Positions 19,300 to 28,141 of a DNA stretch of 64,000 nucleotides are shown piece after piece. The notes beneath the pieces were generated by a model, which was given only the letters and a program-made list of their open reading frames with translations, was not told where the DNA came from and searched no databases. This DNA is from Parachlamydiales bacterium. GTDB lineage: Bacteria; Chlamydiota; Chlamydiia; Chlamydiales; SM23-39. The translations under genes were made by a program, and so were the position numbers. The stretch spans positions 1 through 64,000 of the forward strand of contig JBNLAH010000005.1 in the NCBI GenBank assembly GCA_050302075.1, read 5' to 3'. Positions within the stretch are counted from its first letter, which is position 1; the number at the start of each line of letters is the position of its first letter.

Positions 19300-19649
19300 T
19301 GAACACTAATGCCTAAGATATTTTCTATGCTGATCAGTTCGAATTTTGAGCCCATATTGGTTGTGATTTTAAAGAGTATCAAAGTACCATTTGTCATAGG
19401 GGATAGCTCAGATACATTAGAAATTTTTCTACCATCAGAAAGATGAAACAAAATGTTTTGGGGTGATTTACCTTTTTTTATGATTTCATATGCTTGCGCG
19501 AAATCCTGAGCTCTCTTACTTGGTTCTATTAAAATTACGTCTTTTTGGGAGCTAGAAGCTGCCGCATAATTCTTGGGAACTTCAATATTTAGGTTTTCTT
19601 GAGCTAAGATGGTTGTAAAAAATGAAAATAGCAATAATGGGTATTTCAT
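19296..19649 (-). CDS. Exported hypothetical protein
   Basis: Signal-peptide-like N-terminus; ATGA overlap with lplA. Confidence 0.65.
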   Translation of the reverse strand: MKYPLLLFSFFTTILAQENLNIEVPKNYAAASSSQKDVILIEPSKRAQDFAQAYEIIKKGKSPQNILFHLSDGRKISNVSELSPMTNGTLILFKITTNMGSKFELISIENILGISVQ

Positions 19650-19661
19650 AATATTTATTTA

Positions 19662-21491
19662 TCAGGATTTGATTTTCTTTTCCAATTCAATCATTAAAAC
19701 AGAGATATCTGCTGGTGACACGCCTGATATCCTAGAAGCTGTCCCTAAATTGGCAGGGGAGAACTTGTTTAATTTTTCTTTGGCTTCATTACGCAGTCCA
19801 ACAACATCTTTAAAATTAAAACTTTTTGGAATATTGATCTCTTCGAGTTTGGATAGTTTTTTGATCTCATTTTCTTGTCGTTTAACATATCCTGCAAACT
19901 TTAGGTCCATTTCTACTTGTGACTGCACATCAATATCTATTGCACCGACATCTTCAGGATACATTTTCATTAATGTTTTATAGGAAATTTCTGGCCTGCA
20001 TAAGAGCTGTGATAAACTTACAGATCTTTGATTAATACTTTTATATGTACTTCTTAGCTTATTCTTTATTATTTCTATTTGTTCTTTTTTTGCCTTGAGT
20101 TTGGCTTGTTGGCCTTCTGATATTAGGCCAAGTTCGTATCCTAGCTCACGGAGTCTGAGATCTGCATTATCCTGTCTTAAAAGCAGTCTGTATTCAGCCC
20201 TTGAGGTAAACATCCTATATGGTTCGTCCAGGTCTTTGGAGATCAAATCATCTATCATGACTCCAATATATGCTTGGTCTCGACCTAGAAAAAACTCAGG
20301 TCTTCTTAAAACTTTACAAGCTGCATTAATGCCGGCAATAAGCCCTTGGGCTGCCGCTTCCTCATAGCCTGTAGTTCCATTGATTTGTCCTGCAACAAAA
20401 AGCCCTTCAACTTGTTTTGTCTCAAGTGTTCTATAAACCTGTCCGCATAGTAGATAGTCATATTCTATAGCGTATGCATAGCGCATGATCTGAGCCTTCT
20501 CTAATCCGGGAATACTCCTGATCATTTGAAGTTGAACATCAAAAGGAAGTCCTGTAGAAATCCCATTTACATAGACTTCTTCAGTATTATGACCTTCTAT
20601 TTCTAAGAATATTTGGTGTCTTTGCTTGTCTGCAAACCTAACTATTTTATCTTCAATTGAGGGGCAGTATCTTGGGCCAACACTTTGGATTTTCCCAGAG
20701 TACATAGGTGATTTTTTTAGATTTTCTTGAATTATAGCTTTTGTTTTATCTGATGTATATGTGATGTAGCATGAAATTTGAGGTAGTCTTTTTTCTTTCT
20801 CATCATAAGAAAAATAAACGCCTTCATCCCCGGGTTGTTCTTCTAAGTTAGAAAAGTCAATTGTTTTTTTATTTACTCTAGGAGGTGTTCCTGTCTTCAA
20901 TCTTCCAAGTTTAAATCCTAGATTTTCTAAAGATGCAGAAATTCCCTTTGAAGCTTTCTCTCCGCCTCTTCCTCCACTGATACTTGTTTGACCAATGTGA
21001 ATAAGACCGCGCATAAAGGTCCCTGAAGATAAAATTACACATTTTCCTACAAAAAATATTTCCTCCTCAGTTAGCACCCCTATGATCTTATTGTCTTCGA
21101 CAATAAAATCTTTAATTGAAGCTTGCTTTATATCTAAGTTAGGAGTTTTTTCTAGCTCATGCTTCATTTCAGCTTGATAAGCTAGCTTGTCTGATTGACA
21201 TCTTGGAGATCTAACAGCGGGACCTTTAGTTGCATTTAGCATTCTAAATTGAATGCCTGTGCGATCGGCAATCTTTCCCATTAAACCACCTAAGGCATCT
21301 ATTTCTCGGACGATGTGTCCTTTGGCGGTCCCACCTATTGATGGATTGCAGCTCATCTTCCCGATTGTATCAAGATTCATTGTAAGAAGCAGGGTACTGG
21401 CACCCATTTTTGCAGAAGCATACGCTGCTTCGCAACCTGCATGGCCAGCCCCAATTACAATTACATCATAGGGGTTAGGATATTTCCACAT
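19662..21491 (-). CDS. mnmG: tRNA uridine-5-carboxymethylaminomethyl synthesis enzyme
   Basis: [37 protein letters not shown] and [17 protein letters not shown]. Confidence 0.98.
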   Translation of the reverse strand: MWKYPNPYDVIVIGAGHAGCEAAYASAKMGASTLLLTMNLDTIGKMSCNPSIGGTAKGHIVREIDALGGLMGKIADRTGIQFRMLNATKGPAVRSPRCQSDKLAYQAEMKHELEKTPNLDIKQASIKDFIVEDNKIIGVLTEEEIFFVGKCVILSSGTFMRGLIHIGQTSISGGRGGEKASKGISASLENLGFKLGRLKTGTPPRVNKKTIDFSNLEEQPGDEGVYFSYDEKEKRLPQISCYITYTSDKTKAIIQENLKKSPMYSGKIQSVGPRYCPSIEDKIVRFADKQRHQIFLEIEGHNTEEVYVNGISTGLPFDVQLQMIRSIPGLEKAQIMRYAYAIEYDYLLCGQVYRTLETKQVEGLFVAGQINGTTGYEEAAAQGLIAGINAACKVLRRPEFFLGRDQAYIGVMIDDLISKDLDEPYRMFTSRAEYRLLLRQDNADLRLRELGYELGLISEGQQAKLKAKKEQIEIIKNKLRSTYKSINQRSVSLSQLLCRPEISYKTLMKMYPEDVGAIDIDVQSQVEMDLKFAGYVKRQENEIKKLSKLEEINIPKSFNFKDVVGLRNEAKEKLNKFSPANLGTASRISGVSPADISVLMIELEKKIKS

Positions 21492-21507
21492 GGTGATTTA
21501 AAAAAGA

Positions 21508-21600
21508 TTATTTTTTCTTTTTGTGTCTATCGCGTCTTCTACGCTTTTTGCGCTTATGTTTCGCGATTTTGGCTCTTCTTTTCTTTTTTACTGATGACAT
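21508..21600 (-). CDS. 30-aa basic protein of the AURKAIP1/COX24 (bS22/mS38-like ribosomal protein) family
   Basis: Manual translation MSSVKKKRRAKIAKHKRKKRRRRDRHKKKK; resembles the bS22 pattern MxSVxKKRRxx(M/I)xK. Confidence 0.8.
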   Translation of the reverse strand: MSSVKKKRRAKIAKHKRKKRRRRDRHKKKK

Positions 21601-21682
21601 TTTAGACCATAATCAAAAAATTTTCTCTTGATCATAGCAAAAAGATCTTAAAAATGTAAAGTAAGATGTGACAGTAGAGTAA

Positions 21683-21922
21683 TTAACGAACTAATCCTTC
21701 GATTTGCTCAGGGGTAAAAAATCTACTATGTAGCATTCCGCCAGCTTTGATTGGTAGTCTGATAGGCGCTGTAATAACATCTAAAGTAAATCCAACAATT
21801 TTTAAAGTTATTTATACTAATTTGTTGATCCGATAATCGAGTTCTTCGATTTGGTTAAATTTTTCAAAATAATTTGAAAAAAAATCTATGCTATTTTGAT
21901 AATAATTTGGACTAATAATCAC
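21683..21922 (-). pseudogene. Interrupted paralog of the 22003-22305 gene
   Basis: Translates IDFFSNYFEKFNQIEELDYRINKLV*ITLKIVGFTLDVITAPIRL, against INFFSNYFERFYQTEELDFRIHSISKAFFKTLGLTLDIITAPVRL in the neighbour. In-frame TAA at 21812-21814. Confidence 0.8.
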
Positions 21923-22002
21923 AATTAATTCTACTTAATATTAAGTAATAGTAATTATAAGAAATTAACATATCTTTTTGAGTAAAATATTTAAAAAAAA
22001 TG

Positions 22003-22305
22003 CTAGAAATGCTCACCACTGTAAATTACACCTCCCATTCGTATAGGCACCAAGAAACAATGACTATAGATCATTCCAAAAGCTTTATAAGATAGGCGAA
22101 CAGGTGCTGTAATAATATCTAGAGTAAGTCCAAGTGTTTTAAAAAATGCTTTTGAGATAGAATGGATTCGAAAATCTAACTCTTCAGTTTGATAAAATCT
22201 TTCAAAATAATTTGAAAAAAAATTTATAGGATGTCTAGCTATACTATTACGATAAAGCCCTTCATCGGCTAAACTATTGTGATACCATTTTTCATTAATA
22301 CTCAT
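22003..22305 (-). CDS. Hypothetical protein (100 aa)
   Basis: ORF whose coding status is supported by codon-level conservation with the adjacent paralog. Confidence 0.7.
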   Translation of the reverse strand: MSINEKWYHNSLADEGLYRNSIARHPINFFSNYFERFYQTEELDFRIHSISKAFFKTLGLTLDIITAPVRLSYKAFGMIYSHCFLVPIRMGGVIYSGEHF

Positions 22306-22392
22306 AATTATCTCTCTTAATAATTAAATTAACTATAATTATAAACAATTAATTTTTAAAGTGAACTAAAAATTGGCATGAATTAAAAGAAA

Positions 22393-24651
22393 TTATTCAG
22401 GGCTGAATGCAGAAAAAGCATCTTCATTATCTTCTGAATCTTGAGGCCCCATAGGAGTGTAGTTTGCAAATTGAGCTATTTCTTTTCTGAATGTTAAATT
22501 TACAGTTCCAACTGATCCGTGTCTATTTTTTGCCACTATAAGCTCAGCTTGTGAAGGTTTATCATAAGGATCATAATACTCAGGTCTAAGCAAAAACATA
22601 ACGAGATCGCTATCTTGTTCTAAGCTGTTATGTACAATAATATCATTTGCTACAAAGTTATGTACATTTTCTACAGTTGCATCGTAGACATCTTCCACTC
22701 CCAATTTTTCAATTGAAACTACTTCATCCCAGTAAATATCTGACTCAGCTAAGTGTTTTAGTTTTTCAGAGTCTAAAGCTGTTGATATTTGAGACATTCT
22801 TTGTCTAGAAATAGAAGATTTAAAAATCCCCTCTGGAATTCTTTTTAGTGGAGCTCTAACTCTTTCTATCCCTAGTTTTTCAAACCAATATGTTATAGGA
22901 TGCTTTTTCTTGTGAGTGGTGTGTACTGGAGATTTTAAATATAGATGATGCCAGTTTTTTTGTTTTACAGTCTTTCCATTGATTTGAAATAAATTATGTG
23001 ATGAGGAAGAGACTATTTGTATATTTTCTAAATCAGCACTTGTGTAGTGATATGGTTGGTTTGGTAGTATGCATCCATCACCAAGTAAATGACCTAAAAG
23101 AACAGCTTCATCATCTGTTAAATTTGTGCTATTTGTATGGGTAAGCTTTCTCGGTATAGCAATGTGTTTGCCTATTTCTAATTGATCCAATCTTTTCCAT
23201 CCTTTTATTGTCCTAAAAGGGTGATTTGCGCTGGCCTTTATTGATCTGCCTGATCTTGTTGTTAGTTCATATACCGTTTTTTGCCCAGAATAGAAAGCTT
23301 TTACTAATTTATGTTTCCCAAGTTTTAAATTCTGATCGATACCAAAAACTGTTATAGGGGTTTGTTCTTTTCTATCAGCCAGATCTTTAATTTTATGAAG
23401 TTCTCCTGTTTCAGCATCTTTAATAAGAGCGTCAGCAGAAAGACATCCTGACTCTCTCAAATCACTCATCATAGGTCTATGGCCTTGTCTTTCTTCAACT
23501 CTTCTAGATAGCTGTGATAAACAAAGAATAGGAATATCTAACTCTCTTGCTAAATTTTTCAGCATTCTAGAAACTTCAGAAATCTCTATTTGACGGCTTT
23601 CATTTGAGCGATTGCTGCCTGATCCAGAAATAAGTTGAAGGTAGTCAATTACTAAAAAACCGATATCGTAAGTTTCTTTCATTCTTCTGGCTCTTGTCCT
23701 AAGATCTGTAATTTTTAAACCAGGTTGGTCGTCAATTAGCAAGGTATGTTTTTGCATGGAGTTTACACATGCAACGATCCTTTGATATTCGTGTCCGTTT
23801 AAAGAGCCATTTAGGATTTTATCTGATTCCACTTCAGACTGAGAGCAAATTATTCTATGGAGAAGTTGGTCTGCGCTCATTTCTAAAGAGAAAACTCCAA
23901 CAGGTATGTTATTTTTAAAGCAGATATTTTCAGCAATATTGATAGCCATGCTTGTTTTTCCCATCGCAGGCCTTGCAGCTAAGATCATTAAATTGGATGG
24001 ATTAAAGCCATTGATTAATTTATCTAAATCTACAAAGTGAGTGGGGACGCCTACTACTTTTACACCTTCTTCTCCAAGCTCTCGATATCTTTCTTGTCTG
24101 TCCTCTAAGATTTTTAAGTAGGGGAGTTTAGCCTCTCCTTTAACACCAGAGATCAGATCTTTGACATTTAAAATATCACTCGATGAAGAACTTTGTGAAA
24201 TTTGATAAAACTTGCTTTGAGCTATATCAAGTAAAGAAAAAACATCTTCAGCTTCTTCAATTGCCTTTTTCTCAATTTCCTGAGATACATCGATCATCTT
24301 GCGAAGAACAGCTTTTTCTCTAACCAGTTTTATGTATTCTTCAACATATGCAGATGTCCCAACATACTGGGCCAAAGTTGTGAGATAACTAATGCCTCCT
24401 ACTTCACTTAACTTTTCAATTCGCTTCAGTTCTTCAGATACAATATGGATATCTGCTGGTTTATCTTTCTTGTAAAGTTCAAGGACAACCTTAAAAATAG
24501 TTTTATGCTCGGTATAGTAAAAATCAGAATCATTAAGGCCGTCACAAGCTGCATTTAAGCTATTGATGTTTGTCAGCATACAGCCTAAAACCATCATTTC
24601 AGATTCTTTGGAATTAGGAGCTGATTTTACCTTTTTTATTTCTTTGGCCAT
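22393..24651 (-). CDS. dnaB: Replicative DNA helicase, intein-containing precursor (about 479-aa extein plus 273-aa intein)
   Basis: AARPAMGKT, FSLEMS, IDYLQL, LSQLSR, SDLRESG|SLEQDSD (split by the intein) and KNRHG. Confidence 0.97.
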   Translation of the reverse strand: MAKEIKKVKSAPNSKESEMMVLGCMLTNINSLNAACDGLNDSDFYYTEHKTIFKVVLELYKKDKPADIHIVSEELKRIEKLSEVGGISYLTTLAQYVGTSAYVEEYIKLVREKAVLRKMIDVSQEIEKKAIEEAEDVFSLLDIAQSKFYQISQSSSSSDILNVKDLISGVKGEAKLPYLKILEDRQERYRELGEEGVKVVGVPTHFVDLDKLINGFNPSNLMILAARPAMGKTSMAINIAENICFKNNIPVGVFSLEMSADQLLHRIICSQSEVESDKILNGSLNGHEYQRIVACVNSMQKHTLLIDDQPGLKITDLRTRARRMKETYDIGFLVIDYLQLISGSGSNRSNESRQIEISEVSRMLKNLARELDIPILCLSQLSRRVEERQGHRPMMSDLRESGCLSADALIKDAETGELHKIKDLADRKEQTPITVFGIDQNLKLGKHKLVKAFYSGQKTVYELTTRSGRSIKASANHPFRTIKGWKRLDQLEIGKHIAIPRKLTHTNSTNLTDDEAVLLGHLLGDGCILPNQPYHYTSADLENIQIVSSSSHNLFQINGKTVKQKNWHHLYLKSPVHTTHKKKHPITYWFEKLGIERVRAPLKRIPEGIFKSSISRQRMSQISTALDSEKLKHLAESDIYWDEVVSIEKLGVEDVYDATVENVHNFVANDIIVHNSLEQDSDLVMFLLRPEYYDPYDKPSQAELIVAKNRHGSVGTVNLTFRKEIAQFANYTPMGPQDSEDNEDAFSAFSPE
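22627..23445 (-). mobile_element. DnaB intein with a truncated LAGLIDADG homing endonuclease
   Basis: Begins at Cys (CLSADALI), has block B (SIKASANHPF), one LAGLIDADG helix (LLGHLLGDGC), block F (VYDATV) and block G (HNFVANDIIVHN), followed by +1 Ser. Confidence 0.95.
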
Positions 24652-24795
24652 TCTTTCAAGGTCTTTTAAATATGCGATGTTTCCAATATATCAAAAAGTG
24701 CAGCAAAATGCTATTGGCATTCTTCGAAGAGAAAAAATAAAACAAATAAAATTCACTATGGCTTTGGTGAAAAAGTACAATAGGGTATGAAATGA

Positions 24796-24883
24796 CGGAA
24801 AGAGAGGGATTCGAACCCTCGGTACCCTTTGGGGGTACGCGTCCTTAGCAGGGACGTGCTTTCGGCCACTCAGCCATCTTTCC
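24796..24883 (-). tRNA. tRNA-Ser(GCT)
   Basis: GGAAAGA/TCTTTCC acceptor stem, anticodon arm CGTCC-CTGCTAA-GGACG, long variable arm, GGTTCGAATCC T-arm. CCA is not encoded. Confidence 0.97.
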
Positions 24884-24899
24884 ATTTTTTAGTATTGAG

Positions 24900-24928
24900 A
24901 GTTTATCTGTTTTGAATTTTTTTGACAA
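24900..24928 (-). promoter_or_regulatory. Putative sigma70/sigma66 promoter of tRNA-Ser
   Basis: Minus strand TTGTCA-N17-TAAACT ends 16 bp before the tRNA 5' end. Confidence 0.55.
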
Positions 24929-24948
24929 TGTTAGGTGGGAAGTTTATT

Positions 24949-25230
24949 TTACGAGGCATTCTTAGGAGGGCCATTTTTAAACTTTTCAATAACACTAAGA
25001 GGAAGTTCATTTTCTTTAGCAGCTCTAAAAAAATTAGGTTTACAAACACGGATTATATTAATTGTTAAGTCGCAAAGACAAGCTGAGAAGAGGCATAAGG
25101 GAAAGAAACTGCCTACAGCTATAGCTTTAACTTTTTGATTAAGATCATTACTGTCAGTTGATGTTAAAATATTTAAGATTTTATACGTACAGGGAGTGTT
25201 TCTTCTTGATGTGCAACAAATTCTACTCAT
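24949..25230 (-). CDS. Small hypothetical protein with a central hydrophobic, Cys-containing segment
   Basis: 93-aa ATG ORF, co-oriented with its neighbours and filling the gap. Confidence 0.5.
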   Translation of the reverse strand: MSRICCTSRRNTPCTYKILNILTSTDSNDLNQKVKAIAVGSFFPLCLFSACLCDLTINIIRVCKPNFFRAAKENELPLSVIEKFKNGPPKNAS

Positions 25231-25256
25231 GTTTAAATTCGGTAAAATAAAATTAT

Positions 25257-26093
25257 TTATTCAAAATGAACTGCTTGGTCAATATTTTTGCCGTTTAGTG
25301 CATTCCAGTAGGTAGTCATATGAGAGCCGTCTGGATTCTGTACAACTATACTATAGACCGGGAGGAATATCTCTGTGGTTTTTCGTATAGCAAAGTCGTC
25401 TCCAAAAGCTGCTTTTGCTGTGGCTTCAATTTGTGAGACTCGGAATCTTCTAGGAGCTCTATTTGCTTTTCTAGCAGTTTTGGTGACTAAACGATGTTTT
25501 AGCTTTGTTTCTGGTGGAACCTGCAGTTTAGGTTCCTGTAAATGTAACCTATAGTTATTGCCACTTAAAACAATTAAGTTCTTTTTGCGACAGCTATCTA
25601 GCCATGTGTCTAAAATCCTATCAGAGACGTTTAAAATTTTAGAAAGACCTTCTCGATCTAAAACTCCGCCTCGTTTTGCTAGGGCATTGATAACCTTAAA
25701 CTCATTTGATGCAGCATTTGCATTTATGCAATCTAAAAAACCATGAGTTGTTTCCCAATTGTTGGTATTGATGACCATTTCGCCATCAACCAAGCTCCAT
25801 AAAATATAGCCTTCTCCAGTTTTTTCTTGAGATCTGTTATATTTTACTTCTAAGAGAAGATAAGGATGATAAGTTAGCTTTGGCTCTAAAAAAGCGTGTT
25901 CATCATCTTTTAAAAGTTCTCTTTTGTGAGCTTCCATGAGGCTCTCAGCTGTATAGCGCATTTCAAGTGTTTGGAATCTGCCAGTTGGTACAACATCTTG
26001 GAAAAGGGTTCTAGCGCCAGGATAGTTGGACCAGAGCCAAAAAGATCCAGCTCCTATTACAGCACAGGCTAAAATCCAGAAAATTGCACGCAT
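25257..26093 (-). CDS. Membrane-anchored hypothetical protein with a probable winged-helix-like segment
   Basis: N-terminal TM helix; VINALAKRGGVLDREGLSKIL...LDSCRKKNLI; directly downstream of rho. Confidence 0.7.
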   Translation of the reverse strand: MRAIFWILACAVIGAGSFWLWSNYPGARTLFQDVVPTGRFQTLEMRYTAESLMEAHKRELLKDDEHAFLEPKLTYHPYLLLEVKYNRSQEKTGEGYILWSLVDGEMVINTNNWETTHGFLDCINANAASNEFKVINALAKRGGVLDREGLSKILNVSDRILDTWLDSCRKKNLIVLSGNNYRLHLQEPKLQVPPETKLKHRLVTKTARKANRAPRRFRVSQIEATAKAAFGDDFAIRKTTEIFLPVYSIVVQNPDGSHMTTYWNALNGKNIDQAVHFE

Positions 26094-26154
26094 ATAGTAT
26101 GTTCTTGTTCCTTAAATTTTGCTATACGCTATTTCTTCTTTTTTGAAAATAGGA

Positions 26155-27495
26155 CTATTTTTTCATTGAAAGAAGAAACTCAGTATTACTCTTTGTTTTT
26201 TTAAGTCTAGAAAGCAATAAGTTCATCGCATCGACAGGAGTCAAGTCAGCTAAAGCCTGCCTTAATTCATAGATAATTTCTAGTTCATTAGGATGATACA
26301 GCATTTCTTCTCTTCTAGTTCCACTCTTAATCGGATCAATAGCTGGAAATATCCGGCGATCGGCTAAACGTCTGTCTAAAACAAGCTCTAGGTTTCCAGT
26401 TCCTTTGAACTCCTCAAAAATAACTTCATCCATTCTAGATCCGGTATCAATCAGTGCAGTTGCAATAATTGTTAAAGAGCCACCTTGTTCAATATTTCTA
26501 GCTGCACCAAAAAATCTTTTAGGTTTGTGAAGGGCATTTGCATCAACACCACCTGTAAGGATTTTTCCTGAGTGAGGTTGTACTGTGTTATATGCTCGAG
26601 CTAGCCTTGTTAAGTTATCCAGCATAATGATCACATCTTGGCCAGATTCAGCCAGTCTTCTAGCTTTTTCAATAACCATTTCTGCTATTTGAACATGTCT
26701 TTCAGGAGGTTCATCAAAAGTAGATGAAATAACCTCTCCCTTGACGCTTCTAATCATATCTGTAACCTCTTCAGGTCTTTCATCAATTAAAAGCACTAAT
26801 AAAACCGCTTCAGGATTGTTTTGTTCTATTGCATTGGCAATGTTTTGTAAGAGAACAGTTTTACCGGACTTAGGAGGAGCTACGATCAAAGCTCTTTGAC
26901 CTTTACCAATTGGAGAGACTAAGTCCATTACTCTTGTGGACATAATGTCTTTAGTTGTCTCCATTACCAGTCTTTGGTTTGGATATAGAGGAGTTAGGTT
27001 TTCAAATAAAATGCGGTCTCTAGTCTGCTCAGGTTTTTTACCATTGATTTTTTCTACTTTTAACAAAGCAAAATACTTTTCCTTTTCTTTAGGAGATCTA
27101 ATTGACCCAAAAAGAGTATCTCCTTTTCTCAGATCGAACCTTCTGATTTGTGCAGGGGAGACATAAATATCTTCAGCAGAAGGAAGGTAGTTATACTGAG
27201 GAGATCTCAAAAATCCAAAGCCATCTGGAAGAATTTCTAGAACTCCTTCTCCATAAAGAGCTTCTTCTTGCTTTTCTGAGATAAGCTTTACAATCTCAAA
27301 TACAATTTGAGACTTAGTCAGCGCACCTAGTTGCTTAAAGCCGATTGACTTTGCATATTCTTGCAGTTGGTCAATTGTCATTCTCTGCAGTTCAGAAATT
27401 TTTGTAATTTTAGCTACTGGTTTTTTTGTTGATTCAGATTTTGAATCTTCTTTTTCTTTTTTGTTTTCCATGGCAACTGTGTGTGTTGTGTTCAT
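26155..27495 (-). CDS. rho: Transcription termination factor Rho
   Basis: [36 protein letters not shown] and EEFKGTGN. Confidence 0.98.
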   Translation of the reverse strand: MNTTHTVAMENKKEKEDSKSESTKKPVAKITKISELQRMTIDQLQEYAKSIGFKQLGALTKSQIVFEIVKLISEKQEEALYGEGVLEILPDGFGFLRSPQYNYLPSAEDIYVSPAQIRRFDLRKGDTLFGSIRSPKEKEKYFALLKVEKINGKKPEQTRDRILFENLTPLYPNQRLVMETTKDIMSTRVMDLVSPIGKGQRALIVAPPKSGKTVLLQNIANAIEQNNPEAVLLVLLIDERPEEVTDMIRSVKGEVISSTFDEPPERHVQIAEMVIEKARRLAESGQDVIIMLDNLTRLARAYNTVQPHSGKILTGGVDANALHKPKRFFGAARNIEQGGSLTIIATALIDTGSRMDEVIFEEFKGTGNLELVLDRRLADRRIFPAIDPIKSGTRREEMLYHPNELEIIYELRQALADLTPVDAMNLLLSRLKKTKSNTEFLLSMKK

Positions 27496-27535
27496 TTTAG
27501 ATTAGGTTCTCCTAAAATTATTAATTTTATATTTG

Positions 27536-28141
27536 TTAAACTGTTAAAAGACTATTGTATAGTTTGTACGCTTTTTCCTTTAGCTCATCCAAACTTGAAT
27601 CATTATCAATTACGAAATCAGCTTTTTGAGCTTTTGATTGTGGGTTCATTTGATGTAACATTCTTTTTTTATACTCTCTTTCTGAAACACCTTTTTTAGC
27701 AAGCCTTTTAATGCAGTTAGACTCCTCAGCAGTAACAGTGATAACATAATCAAAGTAGTCAGCTTGACCTATCTCAAATAATAAAGGTATTTCAACAAAA
27801 ATACATGGGTACTTGCCGGTTATTGCAGATATTTTTTTATTAATATCATCCAGTACTACAGGATGAATGATCTTCTCAAGCGAATTTAAAATAATTTTAT
27901 CATTAAATGCTATTTCTGCAATTTTTTTTCGATCTAACTGGCCTTTAACTACTATCTGTTCCCCTAAAAGCTCAATAATTTGTTTACCGGCTTGAGTCTC
28001 TGGAGTTAAAATACTATGAACAATTTCATCAGACCTAATTACATATCCACCAAACTGCTTAAAAAAATCACATACAGTAGATTTACCTACAGCAATTCCA
28101 CCTGTTATAGCAATTTTTTTTGATCTTAGCATTCTGCCCAA
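27536..28141 (-). CDS. coaE: Dephospho-CoA kinase
   Basis: AITGGIAVGKST, LEKIIHP, EIPLLFE and ADFVIDN. Confidence 0.95.
   Translation of the reverse strand: MGRMLRSKKIAITGGIAVGKSTVCDFFKQFGGYVIRSDEIVHSILTPETQAGKQIIELLGEQIVVKGQLDRKKIAEIAFNDKIILNSLEKIIHPVVLDDINKKISAITGKYPCIFVEIPLLFEIGQADYFDYVITVTAEESNCIKRLAKKGVSEREYKKRMLHQMNPQSKAQKADFVIDNDSSLDELKEKAYKLYNSLLTV

Noticed and set aside
24691..24885. 64-aa ORF MERWLSGRKH...
   Set aside because: It is a translation of the tRNA-Ser gene.
24660..25260. Integrative element at tRNA-Ser
   Set aside because: I saw no integrase and no duplicated tRNA 3' end, and dnaB follows directly.
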